64,000 nt of DNA, taken from an uncultured bacterium. Its GTDB lineage: Bacteria; Patescibacteriota; JACMRA01. The notes beneath the pieces are model-generated. The model ran no database searches. It was not told where the DNA came from and was given only the letters and a program-made list of their open reading frames with translations. The stretch covers positions 32,001 to 96,000 of the forward strand of contig CAWAQU010000003.1 in NCBI GenBank assembly GCA_963784355.1. The letters are read 5' to 3'. The translations under genes and the position numbers were made by a program. Positions 39,661 through 49,970 of this stretch are shown here, one piece after another; position 1 is the stretch's first letter; every line of letters begins with the position of its first letter.

Positions 39661-40641
39661 ATGTCAAATGTTAAAACCGTACTAATCGTAGGCGGAGCAG
39701 GATATATTGGGTCTCATACAAACTTTGCTTTTTTAGATGCGGGTTATAATACAATTATTTTTGATAACTTGGTCTATGGGCACAAAGAAGTAGTACCTGA
39801 AACAAGTAAGTTTATTCAAGGTGATTTACTTAACAAGCAAGATTTAGAGAGAGTTTTTACTGAAAACAAAATTGATGCAGTAATTCACTTTGCAGCCTAT
39901 GCTTATGTAGGAGAGAGCGTCACAAATCCCCAAAAATACTATTTTAACAACGTAGTCGGCACTCTAAATTTACTTGAAGCCATGCTAAATCACAACGTAA
40001 AAAATATTGTATTTTCATCAACTTGTGCAACTTATGGTCTACCAGAAAACATTCCTATTACTGAAAGCACGTCCCAAAATCCTATCAATCCATATGGTCA
40101 AACTAAACTGATGGTAGAAAAAATACTTAGTGATTACGCGAGTGCATATGATTTAAGATTTGTAGCACTTAGATATTTTAATGCTTGTGGGGCAGACGTG
40201 AAAAGTAGAAGTGGAGAAGACCATGAACCCGAAACCCACTTGATTCCATTGGTTTTAAAAGCAGCAAAGTCTGGAACTTCAATTAAAGTTTTTGGCAATG
40301 ACTACAGTACCCCAGATGGTACATGTATTCGAGATTATATTCATGTAAATGATTTAGCAGATGGTCATTTATTGGCTTTGGAGAAAATTCTAGACGAGAA
40401 GATTAAAGCAGAATTTATCAACTTAGGTACCGGGAATGGTTATTCAGTAAAGGAAATCATTGAAACAGCTCGAGAGGTAACAGGTAAAGAAATTAAAGTT
40501 GAGGAGATTGAGAGAAGGGCCGGAGATCCTGATAAATTGATTGCAGATAACACAAAAGCTAAGACAGTTTTAGGCTGGGAACCTGAGTATTCAGATTTGA
40601 AGACTGTGCTTGAGACTAGTTGGAAGTGGTTAGGGAAGTAA
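39661..40641 (+). CDS. galE: UDP-glucose 4-epimerase
   Basis: GGAGYIGSH, HFAA, YGQTK, LRYFN, PDGTCIRDYIHV. Confidence 0.95.
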   Translation: MSNVKTVLIVGGAGYIGSHTNFAFLDAGYNTIIFDNLVYGHKEVVPETSKFIQGDLLNKQDLERVFTENKIDAVIHFAAYAYVGESVTNPQKYYFNNVVGTLNLLEAMLNHNVKNIVFSSTCATYGLPENIPITESTSQNPINPYGQTKLMVEKILSDYASAYDLRFVALRYFNACGADVKSRSGEDHEPETHLIPLVLKAAKSGTSIKVFGNDYSTPDGTCIRDYIHVNDLADGHLLALEKILDEKIKAEFINLGTGNGYSVKEIIETAREVTGKEIKVEEIERRAGDPDKLIADNTKAKTVLGWEPEYSDLKTVLETSWKWLGK

Positions 40642-40684
40642 ATTACAAAATTAAAAACATAACAATTTTCTGACTCAATTTATT

Positions 40685-42328
40685 ATGTTCAAAAAAATAT
40701 TTAAAGAAAATATAGTTTTTTTTGCTATATTGGGAGTATATTTACTTCTTTTTGTGATTTATGTAGCTGTAGATAATACACCACCTCATTGGGACTCTGG
40801 TAGACATTTATACAATACCTTAAATTATTGGACTTATTTTAAAAATATTTTTGTTACCAATAAGATTAATGGTCAAACTGATGCAATTAGTAACTTTTTT
40901 ACAGGTTATTTCTACTACCCTCCGGGAGTATATTGGATATCACTACCCTTTTTAATTCTATTTGGTAGAAATTACGACGGAGCTTTAATTAGTAACTTAT
41001 TATGGATTGTATTAATATGTTTTAGCGTCAAAAACTGGCTTGATTTAGTTGGTATTTCAAAATATGCTAGAAATATAGCACTCATGTTTTTACTTGGCTT
41101 GCCTTTCATTATTGGACAAAGTAGAGAGTATCAATTAGATTTTCCAGCAATCTCAACAATATTTCTTGTTTTATACACAACAGAGAACATACTCAAGAAA
41201 CTTAACTACAGAAATATTCTACTATTTAGCTTTTCCGTGGCGCTTGCTTTAATCGTTAAATGGTCAGCTCTAGTTTATTTACCATTGCTTTTAGCATTCT
41301 ATGCAATTAGACAAATTATTCAAATTCTAATAAATAAAAACTATTTAAATGATTTTAAGAAATTAGTAGCATTAGGATGCACTGCCGTTATATTTGTTAC
41401 CGCTATAGCAGGAATATGGTATATACCAAGTCTAACAAGACTAAAGTTGGATTTAACCCAAAATTCTGGTACTGCAGGGATTGCTGAAGGGGATCCTCAA
41501 GGATTTACAGTAGAATCCTTTAAATTTTACTTAAGTGTGTTAATAAACACATATTTTTGGTTAGGCTGGCTACTATTTATACTCGCCCTGTTAATTATAG
41601 GCTCAGCTTTAGTTACCACAAAAAAATCAAATTTTAAGTTCGTAAATTCAGCATTAATTTTTAATCTATGTTATACTATAATTAATTTGATAATAATGTA
41701 TGGTTATCATATGAAACAGAGTAATAAAGATGCAAGATATATTATTATATTAATACCATCATTTGTATTTTTAGTGGCATTTTTAGCAGAGATTATACAT
41801 CAAAGTAAGTTAAGTATTTTTTATAAACATATTTTTACTTTTGTGGCAGGAGTTTTGTTTGTATTTAATTTAGCAAATCTCACTTTGCCATTAGGAGACT
41901 ATAGCATAATCATTAGAGATACATTAGTACCCATTACAGTAATTGGGAATTCAGGTTATACAAACACAAGATTAAAACACAAAGATTGGGCAATTTACAA
42001 AGCTCTTGAGGCAGCCAACTCTCAAAAACAAGAGTACGTACAGTCTTATTCAAATTGTTTGAGTGCTAATTATTGGAAGTCTAAACCGACAGTTGGAATT
42101 GATTTTGATTCAATGCCTCTGCATACAAACTTTGGTACAGTTTGGGGTATTGCAGAGCAATACGGATTGGAGCTTGGCTCAAATGAAAGTTCATGCTTTA
42201 TAATCGTAGCTCAAATGAAGGACAAGGAAAAAATTAATGTAGATAAATACTTAAATAATTATACTGAGATTGATAGGTACGTTGATTGGCAAGGTTTTAA
42301 TATGGTACTACTAAAGAAAAAAATATGA
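40685..42328 (+). CDS. GT-C (ArnT/PMT-like) membrane glycosyltransferase
   Basis: PPHWD, YYPP, multi-TM, K..RY motif. Confidence 0.75.
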   Translation: MFKKIFKENIVFFAILGVYLLLFVIYVAVDNTPPHWDSGRHLYNTLNYWTYFKNIFVTNKINGQTDAISNFFTGYFYYPPGVYWISLPFLILFGRNYDGALISNLLWIVLICFSVKNWLDLVGISKYARNIALMFLLGLPFIIGQSREYQLDFPAISTIFLVLYTTENILKKLNYRNILLFSFSVALALIVKWSALVYLPLLLAFYAIRQIIQILINKNYLNDFKKLVALGCTAVIFVTAIAGIWYIPSLTRLKLDLTQNSGTAGIAEGDPQGFTVESFKFYLSVLINTYFWLGWLLFILALLIIGSALVTTKKSNFKFVNSALIFNLCYTIINLIIMYGYHMKQSNKDARYIIILIPSFVFLVAFLAEIIHQSKLSIFYKHIFTFVAGVLFVFNLANLTLPLGDYSIIIRDTLVPITVIGNSGYTNTRLKHKDWAIYKALEAANSQKQEYVQSYSNCLSANYWKSKPTVGIDFDSMPLHTNFGTVWGIAEQYGLELGSNESSCFIIVAQMKDKEKINVDKYLNNYTEIDRYVDWQGFNMVLLKKKI

Positions 42329-43488
42329 CGCGTAACAAACTAGATCTATTTTTACTATTAAGGTTCATTGCATGCATACTTGTAGTACGGCAGCATGTTG
42401 CTTTCCCAATACCAAATTATAAGATTTTGAACTTCCCAATAGGATGGCTGTTTGGGGGTACTTTAGGCAGTGGTGGTTTTGCGATTATTGTTTTCTTTAC
42501 CTTATCAGGCTACCTTATGGGTAAAAACTTTTTTAACGGTAGGTATAAATTTAATTTGAAAGGAATTTTAAAATTTTATATAAATAGATTTAAGAGAATA
42601 GCCCCACTATACTATTTTGTTACAATATTTACTATCTTTTTTGTTTTTTCATACATACTTGATTGGGTGAGAGACAGTAAGGATCATATGTATCTTATAA
42701 CAGATCTACTATTTTTTAACTACTATGGACAGTTCCAATTTAACCCTGTATATTGGACTTTATCAATAGAAATAGCATTTTACATTATTTGCCCTATAAT
42801 CTTTTTCGTTTTATCCATTTTATCTAAAAACAAACTAATAGTAATATTGCTTTTAATTTTAAATACGGTATACAGCTTTTATAGTCCAATAGTTGAACTT
42901 GTTAAAGTACACAAAGTATTCGAATTTACCAGTTACTTTATATATGGTAGTCTAGTGTATTTAATATTAAAATATTTTAAATTCAATATAACTAAACATA
43001 AATATTTAGTACCTATTTCTTTTATATTCTGCCTTCTGAGCATGATGTTTCCATGGGAATTCATTACGAATAAGGGTAATATTAGCTTTATGTTAGTATC
43101 AATCATTACAACAATTTTTATATATTTTTATGAACTTTATGAAATATACACTATAGAGGACCAAAAGGAAGTGTCAAGCACCGAAAGGAATTATATTTTC
43201 ACAAACTTCACAAATTTTATAAACTATTTAGGCTTACTCTCTTATGGTATATATTTAATACATATAATAATACTATCCAGACTGGGCAGTACCTATGGCA
43301 ACCACTTTGCTTTAAAATATGGACCGCTAAAAGGAGGGCTGATTTTATTTTTACTGACTACTATTGTAAGTACAATCATCGCAATTTATCTCCACGAATC
43401 TGTTGAAATTCCTGGGCGAAAAAATATTAATAAGATTGTAAACTTATTAGGTAATTTATTCTCTAAACTGAGGAATAGACTTAGCTAA
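42325..43488 (+). CDS. Acyltransferase family 3 (OafA-like)
   Basis: LRFIA, FFTLSGYL, RFKRIAP.Y, WTLSIE..FY, SYGIYLIH. Confidence 0.9.
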   Translation: MTRNKLDLFLLLRFIACILVVRQHVAFPIPNYKILNFPIGWLFGGTLGSGGFAIIVFFTLSGYLMGKNFFNGRYKFNLKGILKFYINRFKRIAPLYYFVTIFTIFFVFSYILDWVRDSKDHMYLITDLLFFNYYGQFQFNPVYWTLSIEIAFYIICPIIFFVLSILSKNKLIVILLLILNTVYSFYSPIVELVKVHKVFEFTSYFIYGSLVYLILKYFKFNITKHKYLVPISFIFCLLSMMFPWEFITNKGNISFMLVSIITTIFIYFYELYEIYTIEDQKEVSSTERNYIFTNFTNFINYLGLLSYGIYLIHIIILSRLGSTYGNHFALKYGPLKGGLILFLLTTIVSTIIAIYLHESVEIPGRKNINKIVNLLGNLFSKLRNRLS

Positions 43489-43683
43489 ATTAAAATAGCG
43501 ATTGAGATTGTTTTGTTCTACCATTTATAGCAACACTTTTTCTAACGCATGGATTCTTTTTCGAAAAGTAGTTTCTCTAGCATTAGAATTTTGCAACTTC
43601 TCCAACTGAACTCCTCAGAATAATCTATATTTTAATCAAACTACCATAGGAAAAGGGTAAATACAAAACTTTATATTGGTATA

Positions 43684-45183
43684 TTAAACATCTAACTTTA
43701 CCATGCTTTCCTTTTTGTTCACTTCTAAATTCAATTGGTACAATAGATAACCACAAAGGATCAACATTATTGCAAACAAAGCATACCCGAGTATATACCA
43801 AATACTTGCAGGATTGTAAATCATGTCTACATACCACAATTTTTGTATGTTTGGTAGATTTAAATACTTTAAGCTTAATTTCCAATAATAATTAATCGGC
43901 TCATTACTGGGATAACCTCCACGATTGTAAGTACGATAGAAAAATAAACCTAATGTAGGTATTAAACTGAACAAAGCAATAGCGATTAATAAAATCAATG
44001 TCCAAATTTTTTTGGATAAAGCATTTATTGTAACTGCCAATAGTGGTAATAATAAAGGCAGGATAGCTATTGTATACCTAGCCGGGGGTCCCCAAGTACG
44101 CCACTCTATATAAGTAGAATGAATTAGCATAAAAATTATTGTAGGTATCACAATGGAAAAGAAATAACCTCTACTCTTTTTATAAATCAGATAAAATCCT
44201 GGTAAAGTTAATAATAGTATTGGTGCATTAATAAATAGACCATATTCGCCATCAAAAAATAATCCGATTAAGTATCTTAAAGGATTTTTACCAACTGCAC
44301 CTATTAAATACTCAAATGGATTTAAAGATGCAGATGAATTTATTACTTTGAATGCGGCATCATAACTAAATACTCCAAACCACTTATATTGAACCCAGCA
44401 AAAAGCTAAAAATAGTATGGCAAAGGGAGATAATAAAGATATTATTTTAAAAATTTGAATTTTGTTGGGTCTGTAAAATTTTTTATCCAGATATAAATAA
44501 CATAAAATTGAGAATATTAATAATAAGCTAATTATCAAAAGTAGCTTTATATGTAGAAACAAAGTCAAACCAAAAATTATTGATGCTGGCAACAGATATA
44601 TTAACTTTTTCTTCTTCAGCATTGAATAAAGGAAATACCCACCAGCTAGTAAAAAATACCCAGCTAGCATATCAGTGTAAATATACTGAGAGTAAAGTAA
44701 AATAGGCATCTGTAAAGCAAAAATAGCTGAAGTAAAAATTGATACTGGCCAAGAAAATCCAATTGATTTTATTAATTTAATACTTAATAATAGACCCAAC
44801 AGACAAATAAAAAAATACATAATTCTTGCCCCCTTTATTCCCATTGCATAATATCCCGGACTAATTATTACTGGAAGTAAAAAGTTGTGCCAAGATCTTT
44901 GTGAACCATCAATCGGGCTTATTACTACGTGAGGATCTACTTTGGATCCGTGATGTGAAAAGTATTCCCTACTCTCATAGTTATTTTGTAGATTAAAATC
45001 TTTGTCTACAATAAAACTATTTGTCATAATTAAATAGTGTACTTCATCGCCATCACTCCAATAAGGATTAGCTAAAGTGTAGAATAGCCCTATAAATATT
45101 GCTACAAGAAAAAATATCACTGCACTAATTATGAACAACTTGCTAATGAAAAGATGCTTTTTTTGGATAAATAATTTTAACAT
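43684..45183 (-). CDS. GT-C-type membrane glycosyltransferase
   Basis: GDEVHYL after TM1, multi-TM, GLF...P, ARY. Confidence 0.7.
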   Translation of the reverse strand: MLKLFIQKKHLFISKLFIISAVIFFLVAIFIGLFYTLANPYWSDGDEVHYLIMTNSFIVDKDFNLQNNYESREYFSHHGSKVDPHVVISPIDGSQRSWHNFLLPVIISPGYYAMGIKGARIMYFFICLLGLLLSIKLIKSIGFSWPVSIFTSAIFALQMPILLYSQYIYTDMLAGYFLLAGGYFLYSMLKKKKLIYLLPASIIFGLTLFLHIKLLLIISLLLIFSILCYLYLDKKFYRPNKIQIFKIISLLSPFAILFLAFCWVQYKWFGVFSYDAAFKVINSSASLNPFEYLIGAVGKNPLRYLIGLFFDGEYGLFINAPILLLTLPGFYLIYKKSRGYFFSIVIPTIIFMLIHSTYIEWRTWGPPARYTIAILPLLLPLLAVTINALSKKIWTLILLIAIALFSLIPTLGLFFYRTYNRGGYPSNEPINYYWKLSLKYLNLPNIQKLWYVDMIYNPASIWYILGYALFAIMLILCGYLLYQLNLEVNKKESMVKLDV

Positions 45184-45398
45184 ACAGGCAATAGTGTGTC
45201 CTAGTTGGTATAATAATAAACGACTATTCTGTTCTTTTATTTTGCTTATTTGATAAGCAGATTATTAAATAACTGCTTGTAGTCTGGCAAAAATTAAAAC
45301 ATAGGGTTCTTTATAATCTTCATTAAATATTTGAGTCTAAAACTCTTGTCAAGGTCTAACGGTTGACAACCCTGTTGAAGTCGGTTAATTGTTACGTA

Positions 45399-46202
45399 AT
45401 GAGCCAAAAAAAAGACTTGTATTTGCACGAGGTACCACGCTATTCATCCAAAGAGTTTTTTGGTAAAAAAAATAAATACTGTGTCTGCATACCGATAATC
45501 AACGAAGGTGAGAAAATAAAAAAGCAGCTTGATAAAATGCATAAATTGGGATTGTTCAATATAGCAGACATAATTATTTGTGATGGTGGCAGTACAGATG
45601 GATCAATGGAAGAGAACTATTTAATTTCAAAGAGTGTTCGAGCATTACTTACTAAACAAGGCAAAGGAAAATTGAGTGCTCAGTTAAGAATGGGGTATAA
45701 TTACTGTCTTGAGCAAAACTATGAAGGCGTAATTACAGTAGATGGAAGCAATAAAGATGGTGTTGAAGCTATCAAAAATTTTGTTGAGTATTTAGACAAA
45801 GGGTATGATTACATTCAAGGTTCACGTTTTATTGAAGGGGGCAAAGCTATAAATACCCCTCTTTCAAGGTATTATGCAGTAAAATTTATACATGCTCCTT
45901 TCGTCTCTTTATGCGCAAGATTTAGATATACTGATACAACTAACGGCTTTAGAGGTTATTCAAGAAAACTCTTAGAAGATAAAAACATCTCAATTTTTAG
46001 AAATGTTTTTGATACTTATGAATTATTACCTTATATTGCTGTCAAAGCTCCAAAGTTGAAATATAGAGTTGTTGAAATACCAGTTATAAGACAATATCCT
46101 GCCAGTGGTAAAATTCCTACTAAAATAAGTCCTGTTAGAGGAAATTTGCTTTTACTTAAAATTTTATTATTTCTTGCTTTGGGTAAGTATGAGCCAAAAT
46201 AA
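45399..46202 (+). CDS. GT2 glycosyltransferase (polyprenol-phosphate sugar synthase-like)
   Basis: CIPIINEG, DGGSTDG, VDG, QGSRF, TDTTNGFRGYS; probable start MSQKKD. Confidence 0.88.
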   Translation: MSQKKDLYLHEVPRYSSKEFFGKKNKYCVCIPIINEGEKIKKQLDKMHKLGLFNIADIIICDGGSTDGSMEENYLISKSVRALLTKQGKGKLSAQLRMGYNYCLEQNYEGVITVDGSNKDGVEAIKNFVEYLDKGYDYIQGSRFIEGGKAINTPLSRYYAVKFIHAPFVSLCARFRYTDTTNGFRGYSRKLLEDKNISIFRNVFDTYELLPYIAVKAPKLKYRVVEIPVIRQYPASGKIPTKISPVRGNLLLLKILLFLALGKYEPK

Positions 46203-47256
46203 AGAATATGATTGGATAATTATAGGAGGCGGAATATATGGGTGTTATGCTAGTCTCGAATTGGCAAACTTGGGTTATCGAGTTGCATTGATTGAAAAAA
46301 ATTCCACTCTGATCTCGGAGGCCTCTTATACAAATCAAGCAAGAATACATCTTGGTTACCACTACCCTAGGAGCTTTGCGACTGCCTATAAAAGTGCAGA
46401 GTATTTTGATAGATTTTGTGAAGATTTTGACTTTGCCATTAACAAGTCTTTTACCAAAATATACGCTATAGCTAGTAATTTTTCCTATTCATCTGGAGAT
46501 AACTTTAAAACTTTCTGTAAAAATTTAAATATACCTTGTGACCCGATAAACAAGGAAAGGTATTTTAATAGCGAGGTAGAAGCAGCATTTGAAACAAAAG
46601 AGTATACTTTTGACGCTGAGATAATCAAAGATTACTACTTTAAAGAATTATCAGCTAATAAAAACGCTACATTATATTTAAACTCTGAATTGATAAGTAT
46701 AAGTCAAGAAGTCAACTTATTTAAAATTACAACTAGCGATAACTATAACTTGTCAGCAAATAATCTCTTAAATGCTACTTACGCCAATACAAATAATATT
46801 TTAAAGTTATTAAATTTAGATACTTTCGAAATTAAATACGAGATGTGTGAGGTGATTTTGTGCAATGTAAGTGAAAATATAAAAAAAGTTGGATTAACGG
46901 TTATGGATGGCCCGTTTTTCTCCCTTATGCCATTTGGATATTCAGGCTATCATTCGCTCACATCTGTTATTTTTACTCCACACTACACATTTGTAAAAGA
47001 CGAAGAAGTAAATAAAGGAGTAAATATTGTATCTTCTTGGGATTATATGCGCAATCTAACCCATAGATATCTAAACCCAGAAATAAAGATTGATTATGTT
47101 AGGTCACTCTACACAGTAAAGCCAATTTTAAAAGTTTCTGAATCTGACGATTCAAGACCAACAATTGTTAAAAAGCTTAATAGTAAACCTAATTTTTATA
47201 CTGTGTTTTCAGGTAAAATAAACACAATTTATGATTTAGATAATATTTTAATATGA
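46189..47256 (+). CDS. FAD-dependent oxidoreductase (DAO-like)
   Basis: IIGGGIYG, ASYTNQARIHLGYHYPRS, VMDGPF, SGKI. Confidence 0.85.
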   Translation: MSQNKEYDWIIIGGGIYGCYASLELANLGYRVALIEKNSTLISEASYTNQARIHLGYHYPRSFATAYKSAEYFDRFCEDFDFAINKSFTKIYAIASNFSYSSGDNFKTFCKNLNIPCDPINKERYFNSEVEAAFETKEYTFDAEIIKDYYFKELSANKNATLYLNSELISISQEVNLFKITTSDNYNLSANNLLNATYANTNNILKLLNLDTFEIKYEMCEVILCNVSENIKKVGLTVMDGPFFSLMPFGYSGYHSLTSVIFTPHYTFVKDEEVNKGVNIVSSWDYMRNLTHRYLNPEIKIDYVRSLYTVKPILKVSESDDSRPTIVKKLNSKPNFYTVFSGKINTIYDLDNILI

Positions 47257-48185
47257 AATATCCTCAGTTTTTAAGTGTTGTTTTGTATGTAAGAAATAAT
47301 TCTGATATTATTGAAGAAAAGATTCTCTTGCTTAATGAAAAAATCAAGCAAAATTTTTCAAATTACGAAATAATCATTGTTGACGATTCTAGCAATGATG
47401 AGCTCATAGCAAAACTATTTAAAATTAAAGATGTTTTACATGGTAAAACTAGAATTGTTGAGACAGCATGGGCTTTAGGAAAAGAGTCTGCTATTTTTAC
47501 TGGTGAAAAAGCTTCAATAGGTGACTTCGTTTTCCAAATTGATAACATACATTTTATAAATGACAGCCTTATTGAAAATTTTTTTAAAGCCTTGGACTCT
47601 GGTTCTGATATAGCAATTTTTTGTGTTAAAAATAATCCTGATCTACTTGCAACAATTTTTTATTATATACTAAATCATTTTTCAAATAGCAATATAATAC
47701 TAAAGGCGGAAGTTGGTAGGTTAATCAGCCGCAGGGCTTTAAATACAATATCAAAGTACGATAACCCATTTAGATATAATAAAAGTGTTTATCCACTTAC
47801 TGGTTTTAAGTATAAAATTATAAAGACCGATGTTGACAAGTATCCAGATCATGAAAGAAAATTGTTTAGTCAGATAGATAAAGCAATTACTCTGCTGTTA
47901 ATGTATACTGAATTTGGTTTTAGATTTGCTTTTTATACTTCTGCCATTTTTGGTACTTTCTCAGTTTTATCATCTATTTACGTTGTGTATAATTACCTAT
48001 TTAATAGCCATGTTGAAACTGGATGGACAAGTACAAATTTCATACTAACTTTTTCTTTTTCAGGACTATTTATTTTGCTTACTATAATAACTAAGTATCT
48101 CCAAATACTTATTGCTTTGATCAGCAAGTTTGATACAAGCAAAATTAAATCAAACGAATTATTAACAAACGTCTATAAAATATAA
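47253..48185 (+). CDS. GT2 glycosyltransferase with C-terminal TMs (GtrB/ArnC-like)
   Basis: EIIIVDDSS.D; two C-terminal TM helices with GWTS. Confidence 0.8.
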   Translation: MKYPQFLSVVLYVRNNSDIIEEKILLLNEKIKQNFSNYEIIIVDDSSNDELIAKLFKIKDVLHGKTRIVETAWALGKESAIFTGEKASIGDFVFQIDNIHFINDSLIENFFKALDSGSDIAIFCVKNNPDLLATIFYYILNHFSNSNIILKAEVGRLISRRALNTISKYDNPFRYNKSVYPLTGFKYKIIKTDVDKYPDHERKLFSQIDKAITLLLMYTEFGFRFAFYTSAIFGTFSVLSSIYVVYNYLFNSHVETGWTSTNFILTFSFSGLFILLTIITKYLQILIALISKFDTSKIKSNELLTNVYKI

Positions 48186-48191
48186 TAAAGT

Positions 48192-48968
48192 ATGAATAAA
48201 GCACTTATTGGTTACACAGGATTTGTAGGATCTAATTTAATGAATCAAACACATTTTAATCATTTATTTAATTCTAGTAACTTAAAAGAAATTACTCATA
48301 ATGAGTATAAAATAGTTGTTTGTGCTGCACCTTCAGGGGTAAAATGGAAAGTAAATCAAAATCCTGAAGAAGATTACAATAATATTTTAGACATGATTGA
48401 GACAATTAAAAACGTGAAAACTGATTTGTTTGTTTATGTCTCAACAGTTGATGTTTATTCTGCACCTATAAATGTAAATGAGGGCACAAATATTGAGGAA
48501 ACTCTTAACACTTTGCATCCTTATGGAAAACACAGATTTTTACTGGAGGAATCAATAAGAAAAAATTTTCCTGACAACCATATTATTGTGAGACCAGCTA
48601 CCATTTTTGGTCCTAATTTAAAAAAGAATATTATATTTGATTTTGCTCATAATAATGCTTTAGACTTTACCCACTCTGAAAGCAAATTCCAATTTTACCC
48701 TGTAGTAAATTTGTGGAGAGATATACAAATTTTGTCTGAATCAAAAATTAAGACAGCCAATCTAATTAGTGAACAAATAACGCCAAAGGAAATTGCTAAG
48801 GAATGTTTTAACTTTAACTTCGAAAACATAACTGAAAAGGGACCTTTAGAATACCTTATCAAAACAAAATATTCTATAAATTTTAATAAGACTGGAGATT
48901 TTATATATACTAAAGATGAAATCTTTTTCTTCATAGGTGAGTATTTGAAAACCTTATCTAAATCATGA
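48192..48968 (+). CDS. NAD-dependent epimerase/dehydratase (SDR)
   Basis: IGYTGFVGSNL, STVDVY, YGKHR. Confidence 0.85.
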   Translation: MNKALIGYTGFVGSNLMNQTHFNHLFNSSNLKEITHNEYKIVVCAAPSGVKWKVNQNPEEDYNNILDMIETIKNVKTDLFVYVSTVDVYSAPINVNEGTNIEETLNTLHPYGKHRFLLEESIRKNFPDNHIIVRPATIFGPNLKKNIIFDFAHNNALDFTHSESKFQFYPVVNLWRDIQILSESKIKTANLISEQITPKEIAKECFNFNFENITEKGPLEYLIKTKYSINFNKTGDFIYTKDEIFFFIGEYLKTLSKS

Positions 48969-48997
48969 TAAAATTTTATTATTAAATTAAAATAATT

Positions 48998-49831
48998 ATG
49001 TTTTTATCTTATTCTAACATTGCATGGACAAGAAATATTGATGATAAAGTATATCAGATATTAATGGAAAATAGCTTTGACGCAATTGATATTGCTCCAG
49101 GATCAATATTTACTGACCCAATAAATATTTCTGCAGATGAAAAGGCTAAATTTAGGAATAAATTAAACGAGTTCAAACTATCAACTGCAGGAGTTCAATC
49201 GTTGCTATTTGGAAAAAATGATCTCAAAATCTTCGATAATCAAGAAAGCAGGCTAAAAACATTGTCGTATCTAAAAGAATTAGTTAATTCCATGGCTGAT
49301 TTGGGATTCAAAACTTTGATTTTTGGGTCACCTGTAAATAGACAAGTTGGAAACTTAGATTCTGTATCTATAGAAAGTATTGCGATTGATTTTTTTGCTG
49401 AATTAGGTAAATTTTCTGAAGAGTGTGGAATTTGTTTTTGTCTTGAGCCAAACCCTAGGATATATAATTGCGATTTTTTATACACTACAGAGCAAGCTCT
49501 TAAATTTGTGAAAAAAATAGATTGCAGTGGGTTAAAAATGAATCTTGATTTGGGTACTATTAAAGTGAACAATGAAAGTTTAACTGATATCATAAATGTG
49601 GAGAATCTTAGATATTTTGGCCATGTACATATAAGCGAGTCTGAATTGAAGCCAATCGCAGAAGATTTGATTCTGGATGAATTTTTAAATCTACTAAATG
49701 AGATTAATTATTCAGGCTACACAGCTATTGAAATGAGGAAAGCAACGGAAGATGCACAAGACAACATTAATATTATAGAAAATATAGCTAGGTCTATTTC
49801 TCTAAAGGCTAAAAAAAGTAGAGCTTCATAA
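48998..49831 (+). CDS. Sugar phosphate isomerase/epimerase (xylose isomerase-like TIM barrel)
   Basis: SNIAW, QSLLFG, FGSP..R, LEPNP, DLG, HVHISE, EM. Confidence 0.85.
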   Translation: MFLSYSNIAWTRNIDDKVYQILMENSFDAIDIAPGSIFTDPINISADEKAKFRNKLNEFKLSTAGVQSLLFGKNDLKIFDNQESRLKTLSYLKELVNSMADLGFKTLIFGSPVNRQVGNLDSVSIESIAIDFFAELGKFSEECGICFCLEPNPRIYNCDFLYTTEQALKFVKKIDCSGLKMNLDLGTIKVNNESLTDIINVENLRYFGHVHISESELKPIAEDLILDEFLNLLNEINYSGYTAIEMRKATEDAQDNINIIENIARSISLKAKKSRAS

Positions 49832-49970
49832 TATAAATAAACTTTTTTATATATAAGTTATACTTAGGCTGTGATTCAATAAAAGCCATTGCTTTTCAGC
49901 TAACATACAATAATTACAGCTCTAAACTGTATATTGCTATTTTCTTTTCTCCACTTCAGTATTAGAGTAG